IMG/VR virus record: IMGVR_UViG_3300037807_000763
Span: 1-55,490 of that record
Reading direction: 5' to 3' (one strand)
Length of the DNA: 55,490 nt
Source of the DNA: a virus
Taxonomy: Duplodnaviria; Caudoviricetes
Shown here: positions 1-8,274 of the stretch, in pieces
Position numbering within the stretch: position 1 is the first letter of the stretch
How the letters are laid out: each line of letters opens with the position of its first letter
Notes under the pieces: generated by a model
Database searches by the model: none
The model's input: only the letters and a program-made list of their open reading frames with translations
Told to the model about the DNA's origin: nothing
Program-made: the position numbers and the translations under genes

Positions 1-127
1 TTCCTACGAATTCACTCATAGTGAGTTCAACCACTGGGTAATTTTTAATAAACTCTAATACTGGTTTTTCATTAGTAACAAAGTTTATCCTATTTTTAGT
101 ATTTAATGGACTGTTATTGTAACTCAT
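1..127 (-). CDS. Hypothetical protein, partial (runs off the left edge)
   Basis: ATG at 127 overlaps the stop of the upstream ORF. The frame MSYNNSPLNTKNRINF... is open to position 1. Confidence 0.6.
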   Translation of the reverse strand, partial: MSYNNSPLNTKNRINFVTNEKPVLEFIKNYPVVELTMSEFVG

Positions 128-363
128 TAGAACGGCCTCCGTGAAAGTTCATAAGCAGAAAACGGTCTATCTACTTTATTACCCATAACTCTATTAAACG
201 TCAGACTAATACTATTAATCATATCTATACGTGCACTAATAGTAACATCATCAGCCGCGCCAACTTTGCGTACTAAAGCAGACCTACCTTCACAACTCCC
301 AGTAACTGCCATGTTCTTATTAAACATATTGACTTCATTTTGTATTTTACTTATTTTCACCAT
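127..363 (-). CDS. Hypothetical protein
   Basis: Track ORF 127..396. The start is more likely ATG 363 (MVKISK), which follows an AGAGG SD-like leader shared with the AAA and vWA genes. Confidence 0.6.
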   Translation of the reverse strand: MVKISKIQNEVNMFNKNMAVTGSCEGRSALVRKVGAADDVTISARIDMINSISLTFNRVMGNKVDRPFSAYELSRRPF

Positions 364-405
364 TTGTAACCTCTGTATTGTTTGTTTAGTAACCATTTGT
401 TATAG

Positions 406-439
406 TAGAATATAGCACTTTTCTGCTTAAGATGAAAGG
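406..439 (-). promoter_or_regulatory. Sigma70-like promoter motif TTTCAT-N17-TATATTCTA (copy 1 of 5)
   Basis: The minus strand reads CCTTTCAT CTTAAGCAGAAAAGTGC TATATTCTA. The same motif and 17-nt spacing recur at four other intergenic sites. Confidence 0.7.
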
Positions 440-452
440 ACTTTGTTCACTT

Positions 453-1085
453 TTATTTAATTAAAGCTGCCCAAGATACAGGGAACAATTCACTAACAAC
501 CCCATCCAACATTCCAGCATACTCTTGAATTTCCTTTTGCGCATGACCATCAATCCTCAACTTAAACATCCTCGCATAAGCTGCTAAACTCCCAGTCTCA
601 ATAAACTCAGTCATCATGGATTGGGGTAATATCATACGAGCTTGCTCAGGCGCGATGCCCCGCTTTACAAGTCCTCTATAAACATCTATAGCACCAGCTA
701 AAAACTCCCTATACACCTTACTAACGTCTACTTGGTCACTATCACCCAGGATACTCCCACTGCCCTGCTTTATACTACCATCAGGCCGATTACGCCATAA
801 CTCTGGAACAAAGAATTCAGGATCAGTATCCACATATCTCCGTGATACCTCATTACGCGTCAATCCAGCAGTACTCTTAAACCACTGGCGTGCGACGAAT
901 ATCGGCATCTTAATACGCAATTGGATTTGAGGCTGAGAGAACGGCGTCCAATGATTATACTTTGCCAAGTACTGTATTAACTTAATATCTCTATCATCTA
1001 GTACATCAGATACTTTATCCATCGATACCCTTGCTGCATTAACCACTGTAAGGTCAGTTCCTAAGTGATCTATTAGTTCAATCAT
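453..1085 (-). CDS. thyX: FAD-dependent thymidylate synthase ThyX
   Basis: Motifs VVNAARVS, HWTPF, PIFVARQWFKS...NEVSRRY, APEQARMILPQS and HAQKEI. Confidence 0.9.
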   Translation of the reverse strand: MIELIDHLGTDLTVVNAARVSMDKVSDVLDDRDIKLIQYLAKYNHWTPFSQPQIQLRIKMPIFVARQWFKSTAGLTRNEVSRRYVDTDPEFFVPELWRNRPDGSIKQGSGSILGDSDQVDVSKVYREFLAGAIDVYRGLVKRGIAPEQARMILPQSMMTEFIETGSLAAYARMFKLRIDGHAQKEIQEYAGMLDGVVSELFPVSWAALIK

Positions 1086-1373
1086 GTTGTATTCTCCGTT
1101 TAGTTAAGTTGCCTGTGTGTATATTTGGGTTAGTCAAAGTAAATGATCTGTCAGCAAACGTCTAATCACCAGATGGTTAAACAGCTGGGTATAGTGGTAA
1201 TAATAGAGGGAGCATGGCCTGCCATGGATATGTATATATTAAATATCCGAGAATCAAAATTTCAGTGTTGAGAAAATGGCTTGGAGCAGCCCAACTAATA
1301 AAAAATATTCGATCATTTCGGTGGGGATCTCGCCCGCCGTACATTCCCAGTGTTTGATCCCGCTATACGCTAA

Positions 1374-1444
1374 GACGGTAAGAGATTGATTAGATCCCTT
1401 ACCGTCGTTGTTATATGTCCGTATAGTTGTCATCCTATACGGGA
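1374..1444. other. Two adjacent inverted repeats (hairpins) in a ~390-bp intergenic region
   Basis: GACGGTAAG...CTTACCGTC (9 bp) and CCGTATAG...CTATACGG (8 bp), downstream of the AAA gene. Function unknown. Confidence 0.45.
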
Positions 1445-1477
1445 GGTTACATATTACTTTTGTGTTGAATATTTATC

Positions 1478-2725
1478 TCATCCGTTCCGCATGTCTACGT
1501 CAGTGAAGAGATCATCAGATTGTGTTTCATCAACTGCGTACTTCTGGAGTATCTGGTTGACGTATGTACGTTCTGATTCTAGTCCACCTGAAGCGTCGAA
1601 GATCGGTAGGATTGTTACTTGTGATGCTTCTATTAGTGAGAATCCGTCATATAGTAGGGAAGCTGTCTCAACTGATGTCCTTGTTGATACGTGGTTAGTT
1701 AGCTTACCATCGTCATTGGATGACTCTAAACGGGTTATGCTAGATAGCTCTGATAGATTATTTATTGTTGTACTGTCCACTAGTGGGTATAGATCCATTA
1801 GAAGATTAGCTTCTTGATCCTGGCTCAATACGTCCATTTCTATCTTAGTGAATCTATCTAATAGGGCTCTGTCCATAACTCTGGTTGAGGTGTATTCGTT
1901 ACCTACGTTAGCTGTCGCTATGAACGTTACACCCTTTGCTACTTTAATTACTGCCTGTCCTTCTGCTTCGTCCAATCTGAGATACCGTTGGCCTTCGTCT
2001 AAAACTGTCATAAGGATATTCCACGCGTCTGGATGCGCACGTGATAGTTCGTCCATCAGGATTATTGCGTTAGGTGTCTGTATAGCTTTTACAAAGGTTG
2101 ACTCTGTGAAGTATGTTCCAGATTCTTTGTTAAAGTGTACGTTTCCGATAAGGGAAGCACGGGGATCCTGAGTTGCACCCATATTGAAGTAGAAATCTGG
2201 ACGGTCGAGTGCCTTAACTAATTCCCTTGCTGCCATAGTCTTACCACAACCAGCAGGTCCTGTCATTAAGATATTCTTACCACGTACTGCAGATCGTACA
2301 AGGTACTTCCACTTAAGCTCATTCATAACTAGTTTCTTGGGTTTTAGCTTATAAGAACTATGGATGTACGTCAAGAGCTCATTATGCTCATCTGAAAACT
2401 TAGGCTCTGTCCTGGCCTTAGTAGGCATTACTGAACTAGCCTTAGGTCTACCCAACATATTGTCATTAGTAAAATACTCCTGCTCAATTGGTCTCCAGTA
2501 TAACTTACCTGCTGAACCCATTGCTTGAGCCATAGCTAGCTTATTTTTAAAAGCGGTTGACATCCACTGTTCTGAAATGTCAGTATTCCTATTCCCGTTT
2601 TTATCTATAGCACTATAAGACAAGTCATTCGGATTTTGTTCTATTGTACATATTACTGGATTGTGAGTACTTTCCAATGCTGCTCTAAATGTCTCTGATA
2701 CCTTGTATCTTGTTATTATATTCAT
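1478..2725 (-). CDS. MoxR/CobS-like AAA+ ATPase
   Basis: Walker A GPAGCGKT, Walker B ILMDE, ATAN and DRALLDRF. The start is moved from the track's 2761 to ATG 2725 because the promoter's -10 box ends at 2765 and an SD-like AAAGG precedes 2725. Confidence 0.9.
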   Translation of the reverse strand: MNIITRYKVSETFRAALESTHNPVICTIEQNPNDLSYSAIDKNGNRNTDISEQWMSTAFKNKLAMAQAMGSAGKLYWRPIEQEYFTNDNMLGRPKASSVMPTKARTEPKFSDEHNELLTYIHSSYKLKPKKLVMNELKWKYLVRSAVRGKNILMTGPAGCGKTMAARELVKALDRPDFYFNMGATQDPRASLIGNVHFNKESGTYFTESTFVKAIQTPNAIILMDELSRAHPDAWNILMTVLDEGQRYLRLDEAEGQAVIKVAKGVTFIATANVGNEYTSTRVMDRALLDRFTKIEMDVLSQDQEANLLMDLYPLVDSTTINNLSELSSITRLESSNDDGKLTNHVSTRTSVETASLLYDGFSLIEASQVTILPIFDASGGLESERTYVNQILQKYAVDETQSDDLFTDVDMRNG

Positions 2726-2798
2726 GTTATGTAACCTTTGTATTGTTGATTTAATTGACAATAGAATCTAACACTTAAAAGCTTAACATGAAAGGACT
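2725..2798. repeat. ~74-bp near-identical repeat (partner at ~8204-8277; diverged copy at ~365-443)
   Basis: tgttatgtaacctttgtattgtt(g/t)atttaattgacaatagaatctaacacttaaaagcttaacatgaaaggact, with one mismatch between the two copies. Confidence 0.9.
2762..2795 (-). promoter_or_regulatory. Promoter motif TTTCAT-N17-TAGATTCTA (copy 2)
   Basis: CCTTTCAT GTTAAGCTTTTAAGTGT TAGATTCTA, identical to 8241-8274. Confidence 0.75.
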
Positions 2799-2813
2799 AT
2801 TTTGCTTTATTTT

Positions 2814-2853
2814 AAAATAAAAACGGTCTGCTAGTATCATGTAGCAGACCGTT
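2814..2853 (-). terminator. Rho-independent terminator
   Basis: Perfect 12-bp stem AACGGTCTGCTA/TAGCAGACCGTT followed on the minus strand by a U-rich tract, just downstream of ORF 2881..3570. Confidence 0.8.
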
Positions 2854-2880
2854 GAATGTAATGGTTAAAAGCGTACTTAA

Positions 2881-3570
2881 CTACATTGTACTTGCACCAC
2901 CCCTTGTTGAACCTCTCATTGAATCTGGATCAAGAGTACGTTTACCCCACGCTGTCTCCACTCTCCCACCAACTTTACATAGTGCACGTACCTCTTCTTC
3001 TGTGACTTTAATAGGTGCGCCTTCGATATAGAAGTGACCCTTAATAACTTTGGGGATCCCTTTTAGTGATTTTAACGATTTACAATCCATTGCAAGGAAA
3101 GAGCCATTAACGATTTTTGGTGCGCCCTCTAAAGATTTAATCTTCGTCTCATTCAATTCAAGATCACCGTTCACTGTTGAGGGTAGTCCCTTAAGTGAAG
3201 TGAGTGGGTTTTCTGAAAGTGATATTCCTTTACCTATCTTCTTGGGGAGCCCCTTTAGATTTTTGATATTGTTACCGCTAACTTCTAGACCACCTTTAAT
3301 TACTGTTTTTTCTATGCCTTTGAATGAAGTTAACATATTCTTGTGTGCATTGAAGTCACCATCAACTACTGACGGTGCGCCCACAAGATCTTTTAGTGCA
3401 TTGTTATTGACCCAGTAATTACCAGTAACATGTGATGGACCATCGGAAGGTAATTTTTTAATCCCACTCCACCATATTTCTTTGTAGTCACCGGAATGTT
3501 TTCCGCCTGCTTCTTCTTTGATGACAGTACGTATTAATTTACGTAAGCCTGTTTCTGTTATTATTTTCAT
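2881..3570 (-). CDS. LRR-like solenoid repeat protein with a possible capsid-targeting leader
   Basis: ~22-aa repeats LxSLxGxPxxVxGxF. The N-terminus reads LRKLIRTVIKEE. Confidence 0.75.
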   Translation of the reverse strand: MKIITETGLRKLIRTVIKEEAGGKHSGDYKEIWWSGIKKLPSDGPSHVTGNYWVNNNALKDLVGAPSVVDGDFNAHKNMLTSFKGIEKTVIKGGLEVSGNNIKNLKGLPKKIGKGISLSENPLTSLKGLPSTVNGDLELNETKIKSLEGAPKIVNGSFLAMDCKSLKSLKGIPKVIKGHFYIEGAPIKVTEEEVRALCKVGGRVETAWGKRTLDPDSMRGSTRGGASTM

Positions 3571-3608
3571 ATAAATGTACCTTTCCTTATTACTTGTTTG
3601 ATTTGATT

Positions 3609-3615
3609 ATAAATA
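3609..3615 (-). promoter_or_regulatory. TATTTAT motif, candidate late-type promoter (also at 12678-12684, 23460-23466, 46479-46485, 46901-46907)
   Basis: Recurs in short intergenic gaps just upstream of start codons. A 7-mer in AT-rich DNA can occur by chance. Confidence 0.4.
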
Positions 3616-3617
3616 TA

Positions 3618-3791
3618 CTAGTTTTTCGTTAAAATTTGTTTTATATCCCCGGTGGAAATAGTTATAACCTCTTTGGGCTTACCCTCTATGCTAACCCTGA
3701 TATAACCATCAGGAAGTATCTTCTTAACCCTACCAGCCATTGGGTACCTACCAATCCAAAATCCAACTACGTCATCTATCCTACATTCCAT
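3618..3791 (-). CDS. Small hypothetical protein (57 aa, possibly an SH3/KOW-like barrel); not in the ORF track
   Basis: MECRIDDVVGFWIGRYPMAGRVKKILPDGYIRVSIEGKPKEVITISTGDIKQILTKN, with a GGAAGGA SD upstream. Confidence 0.6.
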   Translation of the reverse strand: MECRIDDVVGFWIGRYPMAGRVKKILPDGYIRVSIEGKPKEVITISTGDIKQILTKN

Positions 3792-3844
3792 AATTCCTTC
3801 CCTTTGTCTGTTAATAGTTTAAATATTCTATATTATTGTCACAT

Positions 3845-4276
3845 CTAGTAAAAGTCTGGAGGAGCATCTGTATTATCTCTATTATCAGAGTACTCAGGAT
3901 CCCAATCACCCTCAATCGGATCGACCTCCCCCTTCTTAATAGCAACTCCAAGCTTACCAGGGACAAATCCACTCTTCCTGTGTATACCTTCCATGTGACC
4001 CCGATTAAACGTATTGTGCTTTCTCCTCTCAACGAAGTCTCTAACATCCACCATATCAAACCTAACTTGACTATTAACTTCAGGACCTAACTTAACATAA
4101 GTAATCCTACCTTCCCTTCTCCACTTGTCTATAGTCTCTATCGTGACGCCAATGTAATTAGCACATTCCTTCTTAGTAAGTAACCGTATTACATCCACTC
4201 CCCCAGCTGAGATCTTATACCGTTGAAGATCCTTGTGGAATACTAAATCTTTTATCTTCTGTGTCTTGTCAGCCAT
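3845..4276 (-). CDS. Excisionase/MerR-like (HTH_17-type) DNA-binding protein
   Basis: LLTKKECANYIGVTIETIDKWRREGRI...VRF, with an acidic C-terminal tail. Confidence 0.75.
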   Translation of the reverse strand: MADKTQKIKDLVFHKDLQRYKISAGGVDVIRLLTKKECANYIGVTIETIDKWRREGRITYVKLGPEVNSQVRFDMVDVRDFVERRKHNTFNRGHMEGIHRKSGFVPGKLGVAIKKGEVDPIEGDWDPEYSDNRDNTDAPPDFY

Positions 4277-4373
4277 AATTTATCCTCTCTATCCATGCTC
4301 AGTAGGCCATCTTTTTTAACCATAATTTATCTAATTCTCCGGCTAGAGGGCTCCGGCACCAATGCATATATTG

Positions 4374-4444
4374 TGGAGAATTACAGAATCGAACTGTAAT
4401 TTCTGCAGTGCAAGTGCAGTGTAATACCGTTATACTAATTCCCC
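4374..4444 (-). tRNA. tRNA-Ala(UGC)
   Basis: Acceptor stem GGGGAAT/ATTCTCC-A carries the G3:U70 Ala identity pair. Anticodon arm CTGCA-CTTGCAC-TGCAG, T-loop TTCGATT. CCA is not encoded. Confidence 0.92.
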
Positions 4445-4454
4445 ATATTTATTG

Positions 4455-4526
4455 TAGCCCATGGGGGGATTGAACCCTCCGACTCCGGATTGAAAGTCCG
4501 ACGTGATACCACTTCACTAATGGGCC
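4455..4526 (-). tRNA. tRNA-Glu(UUC)
   Basis: Acceptor stem GGCCCAT/ATGGGCT-A, anticodon arm TCGGA-CTTTCAA-TCCGG, T-arm GAGGG-TTCAATC-CCCCC (one mismatch). CCA is not encoded. Confidence 0.88.
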
Positions 4527-4630
4527 ATTTTTAAATTGTCAAAAAACTTTTAATTTGACACGCGCATGACCAATGTCCAGATATCACCCCATACCAATTC
4601 CCCTTCATGTAATCAAGTATCTCAACATCG

Positions 4631-4831
4631 CTATTTTAGTTCCCACAATGCCCTCAGAAGCAGCTTAGATTTGTTGACGCAAGACCTCAACCATCCACGT
4701 ATGTATACCATTACTACTATGCCTAATAACACAATAAAAGTAGGTACATATACCACTATAGTTAGTACTATTAGGGTTAATATGTTGATTAGCGGGTGAT
4801 ATCGGGGTGTTGGTATTAGTATTGATTTCAT
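4631..4831 (-). CDS. Possible small membrane protein
   Basis: Hydrophobic ORF that straddles a compositional switch, so it may be spurious. Confidence 0.3.
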   Translation of the reverse strand: MKSILIPTPRYHPLINILTLIVLTIVVYVPTFIVLLGIVVMVYIRGWLRSCVNKSKLLLRALWELK

Positions 4832-4837
4832 TTATTA

Positions 4838-5083
4838 TTAAGCTTGTAGCTCTGATGTATTTAGTTCTTGTTCACATTTAGTACATTGGAATACTGGCAT
4901 AGTTATTAGTTGTTCTTGTCCTGTTGGGGATTGTATTGCTGATATACGCTTCATTTTGAATGCTTGTTTGAAGTAACTATTATTACAAGATCTGTCACCT
5001 GCTTTGTTGTCACATGTTATATCTTGTAATGTGTTTGGGTCGATGTTAATTTGTTTTGTACCTGTCATGCTGTTGTCAATCAT
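4838..5083 (-). CDS. Small Cys-containing (Zn-ribbon-like) protein
   Basis: C...C near the N-terminus plus CTKC, and an SPTGQEQ motif. SD GGAAGGA. Confidence 0.7.
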   Translation of the reverse strand: MIDNSMTGTKQINIDPNTLQDITCDNKAGDRSCNNSYFKQAFKMKRISAIQSPTGQEQLITMPVFQCTKCEQELNTSELQA

Positions 5084-5085
5084 GG

Positions 5086-5238
5086 TTATATTGTCCTTCC
5101 TAAGATTATGAAATACAAGTAAAAGAAGCTAGCAAGTAGAATGAGTCCTGCTTTAAGATAGATTCCTGTTATGCTTGTATCTTTGTTTGTTGATTTAGTG
5201 TAACGCTTCTGTTCTCCGTACCAATTACGTTGTGTCAT
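5086..5238 (-). CDS. Small membrane protein (50 aa); not in the ORF track
   Basis: MTQRNWYGEQ...LKAGLILLASFFYLYFIILGRTI fills the gap exactly and has a C-terminal TM segment. Confidence 0.55.
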   Translation of the reverse strand: MTQRNWYGEQKRYTKSTNKDTSITGIYLKAGLILLASFFYLYFIILGRTI

Positions 5239-5250
5239 ATAGCTAGCTGC

Positions 5251-5517
5251 TTAGTCGTTGAGTAGTTCTCTTTGCTCATGCTCTCCGTAGATGTCCCATA
5301 CTTTGGGGCCGGAGTGTGTTTCTGTTTCTATTGAGATAATTCCTTTAGAGGCGTCGATGTTGTATACACGGTTACCTGTGAGTTTGTATATCTCGTTTAG
5401 AGCTTGAGTAAGTGAGGTTAGAAGTGTTTGGTCTTCGGGTGTTGTTCCGGTAGCTTCTTCGGAGAGTAGCCATCTGTCGCCCGGGGGCTGCCGAGTTGCC
5501 ATTATTAGTTTTGCCAT
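5251..5517 (-). CDS. Hypothetical protein
   Basis: 88-aa ORF packed among its neighbours, with a PPGDRW motif. Confidence 0.7.
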   Translation of the reverse strand: MAKLIMATRQPPGDRWLLSEEATGTTPEDQTLLTSLTQALNEIYKLTGNRVYNIDASKGIISIETETHSGPKVWDIYGEHEQRELLND

Positions 5518-5521
5518 AAGT

Positions 5522-5638
5522 CTAGTCTTCGTAGAAGTATGAGAGTGTTGTGATTGTGATTACTATAGATGTGAGTAATATTACTGTTGCGATCATGATT
5601 ATTATAACTCCCTGTTTTGTTTTTGCATAACTGTTTAG
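5522..5638 (-). CDS. Possible small membrane protein
   Basis: C-terminal part of track ORF 5522..5710 with a strong TM segment. The start is uncertain. Confidence 0.35.
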   Translation of the reverse strand, partial: LNSYAKTKQGVIIIMIATVILLTSIVITITTLSYFYED

Positions 5639-5946
5639 CTTGGGAAGAGTGTCTCCCATGCTTGTTTGATTGCTAATGCGATTATTGCGGCCCCTGATGT
5701 AAGGCGCCATTTGTGTGTGTTAGTTCTGAATAGCGTATTCAGCTTTGATTCTGCCCATAAGCCATCTTGTGGGTTGAATAAGTTCTCTTTAATGAATTTT
5801 AATGAATCGTCTATTTTAGCATTGGATTTTTCGATAACAGAACTCATCTCGCCTATTCGTTTGTCCATTTCGTTTAATCTGTAATGTACTAGTTCGAGGT
5901 CCTGTTTATCCTTATGATTCATTGTCAATACTTCCTTGCTACCCAT
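5635..5946 (-). CDS. Coiled-coil protein with a C-terminal hydrophobic helix (holin/XhlA-like architecture)
   Basis: Heptad region followed by GAAIIALAIKQAW. Confidence 0.55.
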   Translation of the reverse strand: MGSKEVLTMNHKDKQDLELVHYRLNEMDKRIGEMSSVIEKSNAKIDDSLKFIKENLFNPQDGLWAESKLNTLFRTNTHKWRLTSGAAIIALAIKQAWETLFPS

Positions 5947-5986
5947 ATTTAGATTGTCCTGTTAAGTGATACAGTATTACATATGG

Positions 5987-6202
5987 TTATTTATGCGAAG
6001 TTACTCGTAAATTATCTCCAAAACCGTAAATTAAGTTAAGTTGTTTTTGATCCTTGGTACTTATTTTATTTGTCTTAGACACCTTTTCGATTAGGTTGCT
6101 TAGCCATAGTTGATCGCCGGTTTCGTCCTCGCCGAATTTTTTAATTTTCCTTAAGCACCATTTGATCTTTCTGTTGACTGTTTGTGTGTTATCATTTTCC
6201 AT
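5987..6202 (-). CDS. Hypothetical protein
   Basis: 71-aa ORF directly downstream of the vWA gene, with a GGAG SD. Confidence 0.6.
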   Translation of the reverse strand: MENDNTQTVNRKIKWCLRKIKKFGEDETGDQLWLSNLIEKVSKTNKISTKDQKQLNLIYGFGDNLRVTSHK

Positions 6203-6206
6203 GTTG

Positions 6207-8201
6207 TTATTTCTCCAAGAATTTGTTGTTTAGTACTTTTGCTAAGCTCATTATGCTAGTTGGGTCGATTGTGATTGCGTCCTTACCATACATTTGTTTG
6301 AAGTGCCTTAAGCGGTAATGATTTGCGTCTTCTGCCCTATCAGTAATGAAGAATGAGAGGATTTTGATTCCCGCTTGTTTCATTTTATTAACTTCACTAG
6401 CTGTATGTGAGCGGGCAGAATCACCACCGTATCTCATTGTATTGTTATAATAACTGGGCATTCCGTCTGAGTAATTTAGGAAGTATGCATCACGTCCGTT
6501 TGAGTTGCTTAATACATCTTTCATTATTGATTCAAAGCACAGACCTTCAGGTGTTGTTCCTGTAGCCCGTAAATGCTTCCAGAATTTTTTGATGTGGATT
6601 ATCTTATTGACTTTAGAATCATAAATGATAGCAATAACTGGCTTATGATCATGCATGTGTTCAAGAGTTGTTCGAATTGAAACTTGAACATGAATATTCC
6701 CAACCATTGATGCAGCTTGACAAATTGCTGCGGCTGATTTTATTGCGTTAATAAAAAAGGCACCAGACATAGAACCTGAAGCGTCGATTGAAATATGAAG
6801 ATAAGCTTCATTATATTTCTCTGTAAATGATGTTTTAAAGACCCTATCATTGTCAAAGCCAAGTTCAGCAATTAATCTTCTATCTAATCGTCCAGAATCT
6901 TGTCTTGACCACTTAGTTGTTCGTTCTTCGTTTCGAACTTGAAGCTTTTTACCAAGAACTCTACCAAGTCTTAGCCCATCAAGAATATCTTCTATTTTTG
7001 GACCAGCCCATCTCCAGGTTCTGGAACCTTCGGCATGAATAAAAGAGTATATGGGCTTTGCATTTACAGATTCTGGAATCATTGAGTCTGTGAGCTTTGG
7101 GACAACAACGACATTTGTTGTACCAAAAGATGATTCATCACCCACTTTAACAGTATAAGCTCCAGACTCTTCAGTTGCCTTAAGTGACCCCTGGTCTCTT
7201 TGAGAAAGCTTAGTTTTCTTTTGCTTGTTATTCACAAAGTCCTTTTGTTTGTTCACTGCATTTTGCAATGATTTCTTTTGTGAGGGTGTAAGACTTGGTA
7301 GATCTAAATTCTCTAATTCATTATCTTCACCTTCGTCTTGGCTATTATCTTCACCTTCGTCGTTGGATGATTTGTCTTTTTGTTTGTATTCAGTATCATC
7401 CTCAGATTCTTTTTCGTTATTCTCACTATCAGAAGCTAACAAAGGAAGGATTATATCAAAAATCTCCAAAGCCACGTTGATTGCGTCCCTAGAGGTCTTA
7501 AGCCTTGAGATGTTTTGAAGGTTGATAGTTCTGTAAATGTTCCGTAATTCGGGTAGAGCATTTAAGTCAGTGTTCTTATTTGTAAAGTTAATAATTCTAA
7601 AGAAATAACTTTCCCATGTTACATCACGATACTCATCAGACTTCAAAGCTTTATCAATGATAGAGAAATGGAAGTATTTGTTATACATCGAATGATAGTA
7701 ACCTTTGTATCCTGGAGCATCCTTGAATGTAAGTTGATCAATACGTCTATCTTCAATATAATTGAATAAGTTTTTGATAGATTCTAAAGATTCTCGAAAA
7801 AATCTTCGCCCATTATTTTCATCCATGCATTCTGTCGTATAATGTTCTTGAACGATTTTGTCTAAGTTTGTAATCTCTTCAAAGTCTGTGTGAGCGATAT
7901 GACTACCTTCATGAAGAGCTAACCCAACCATTGGATCAAAGTTCTTATCATTCATACTGGCTGATAATGTAACAGCCTTGCCATCTGTATAAGATTCTGA
8001 ACCTGATGAAAATCTAACAGGTATATCTGTTCGCTTAGTAACGATGTTAACAAAGTTTGAGATAGCACGTCGATAAGCACTCAGGGCGATTAAATCTTTC
8101 CCCTTTTTGACTTCCTGATCTGTTCTCCACCACATGTCACTGGACCCAGTAAGATTTCCTGCCCAGTAATTCGTGTTATGGTTGATTTTAGAAAATTTCA
8201 T
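6207..8201 (-). CDS. CobT-like vWA protein with an N-terminal HExxH metallopeptidase-like domain
   Basis: LHEGSH...NYIEDRRI, an acidic linker, then MIDAS DASGSM, T(PE) and SDG. Confidence 0.85.
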   Translation of the reverse strand: MKFSKINHNTNYWAGNLTGSSDMWWRTDQEVKKGKDLIALSAYRRAISNFVNIVTKRTDIPVRFSSGSESYTDGKAVTLSASMNDKNFDPMVGLALHEGSHIAHTDFEEITNLDKIVQEHYTTECMDENNGRRFFRESLESIKNLFNYIEDRRIDQLTFKDAPGYKGYYHSMYNKYFHFSIIDKALKSDEYRDVTWESYFFRIINFTNKNTDLNALPELRNIYRTINLQNISRLKTSRDAINVALEIFDIILPLLASDSENNEKESEDDTEYKQKDKSSNDEGEDNSQDEGEDNELENLDLPSLTPSQKKSLQNAVNKQKDFVNNKQKKTKLSQRDQGSLKATEESGAYTVKVGDESSFGTTNVVVVPKLTDSMIPESVNAKPIYSFIHAEGSRTWRWAGPKIEDILDGLRLGRVLGKKLQVRNEERTTKWSRQDSGRLDRRLIAELGFDNDRVFKTSFTEKYNEAYLHISIDASGSMSGAFFINAIKSAAAICQAASMVGNIHVQVSIRTTLEHMHDHKPVIAIIYDSKVNKIIHIKKFWKHLRATGTTPEGLCFESIMKDVLSNSNGRDAYFLNYSDGMPSYYNNTMRYGGDSARSHTASEVNKMKQAGIKILSFFITDRAEDANHYRLRHFKQMYGKDAITIDPTSIMSLAKVLNNKFLEK

Positions 8202-8240
8202 ATTGTTATGTAACCTTTGTATTGTTTATTTAATTGACAA

Positions 8241-8274
8241 TAGAATCTAACACTTAAAAGCTTAACATGAAAGG
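8241..8274 (-). promoter_or_regulatory. Promoter motif TTTCAT-N17-TAGATTCTA (copy 3)
   Basis: Identical to 2762-2795. Confidence 0.75.

Noticed and set aside
3845-4526. Prophage attachment module (excisionase-like HTH next to tRNAs)
   Set aside because: There is no integrase and no host-like flank. Phage-type genes continue on both sides.
7320-7361. 18-bp repeat with a 24-bp period in the vWA gene (DEGEDN x2)
   Set aside because: Ordinary slippage duplication in an acidic linker.
1478-8201. Literal cobaltochelatase CobST, given the B12-dependent NrdJ
   Set aside because: No CobN or other cobalamin genes are present. The vWA protein has a peptidase-like domain, and such pairs are general chaperone-like modules.
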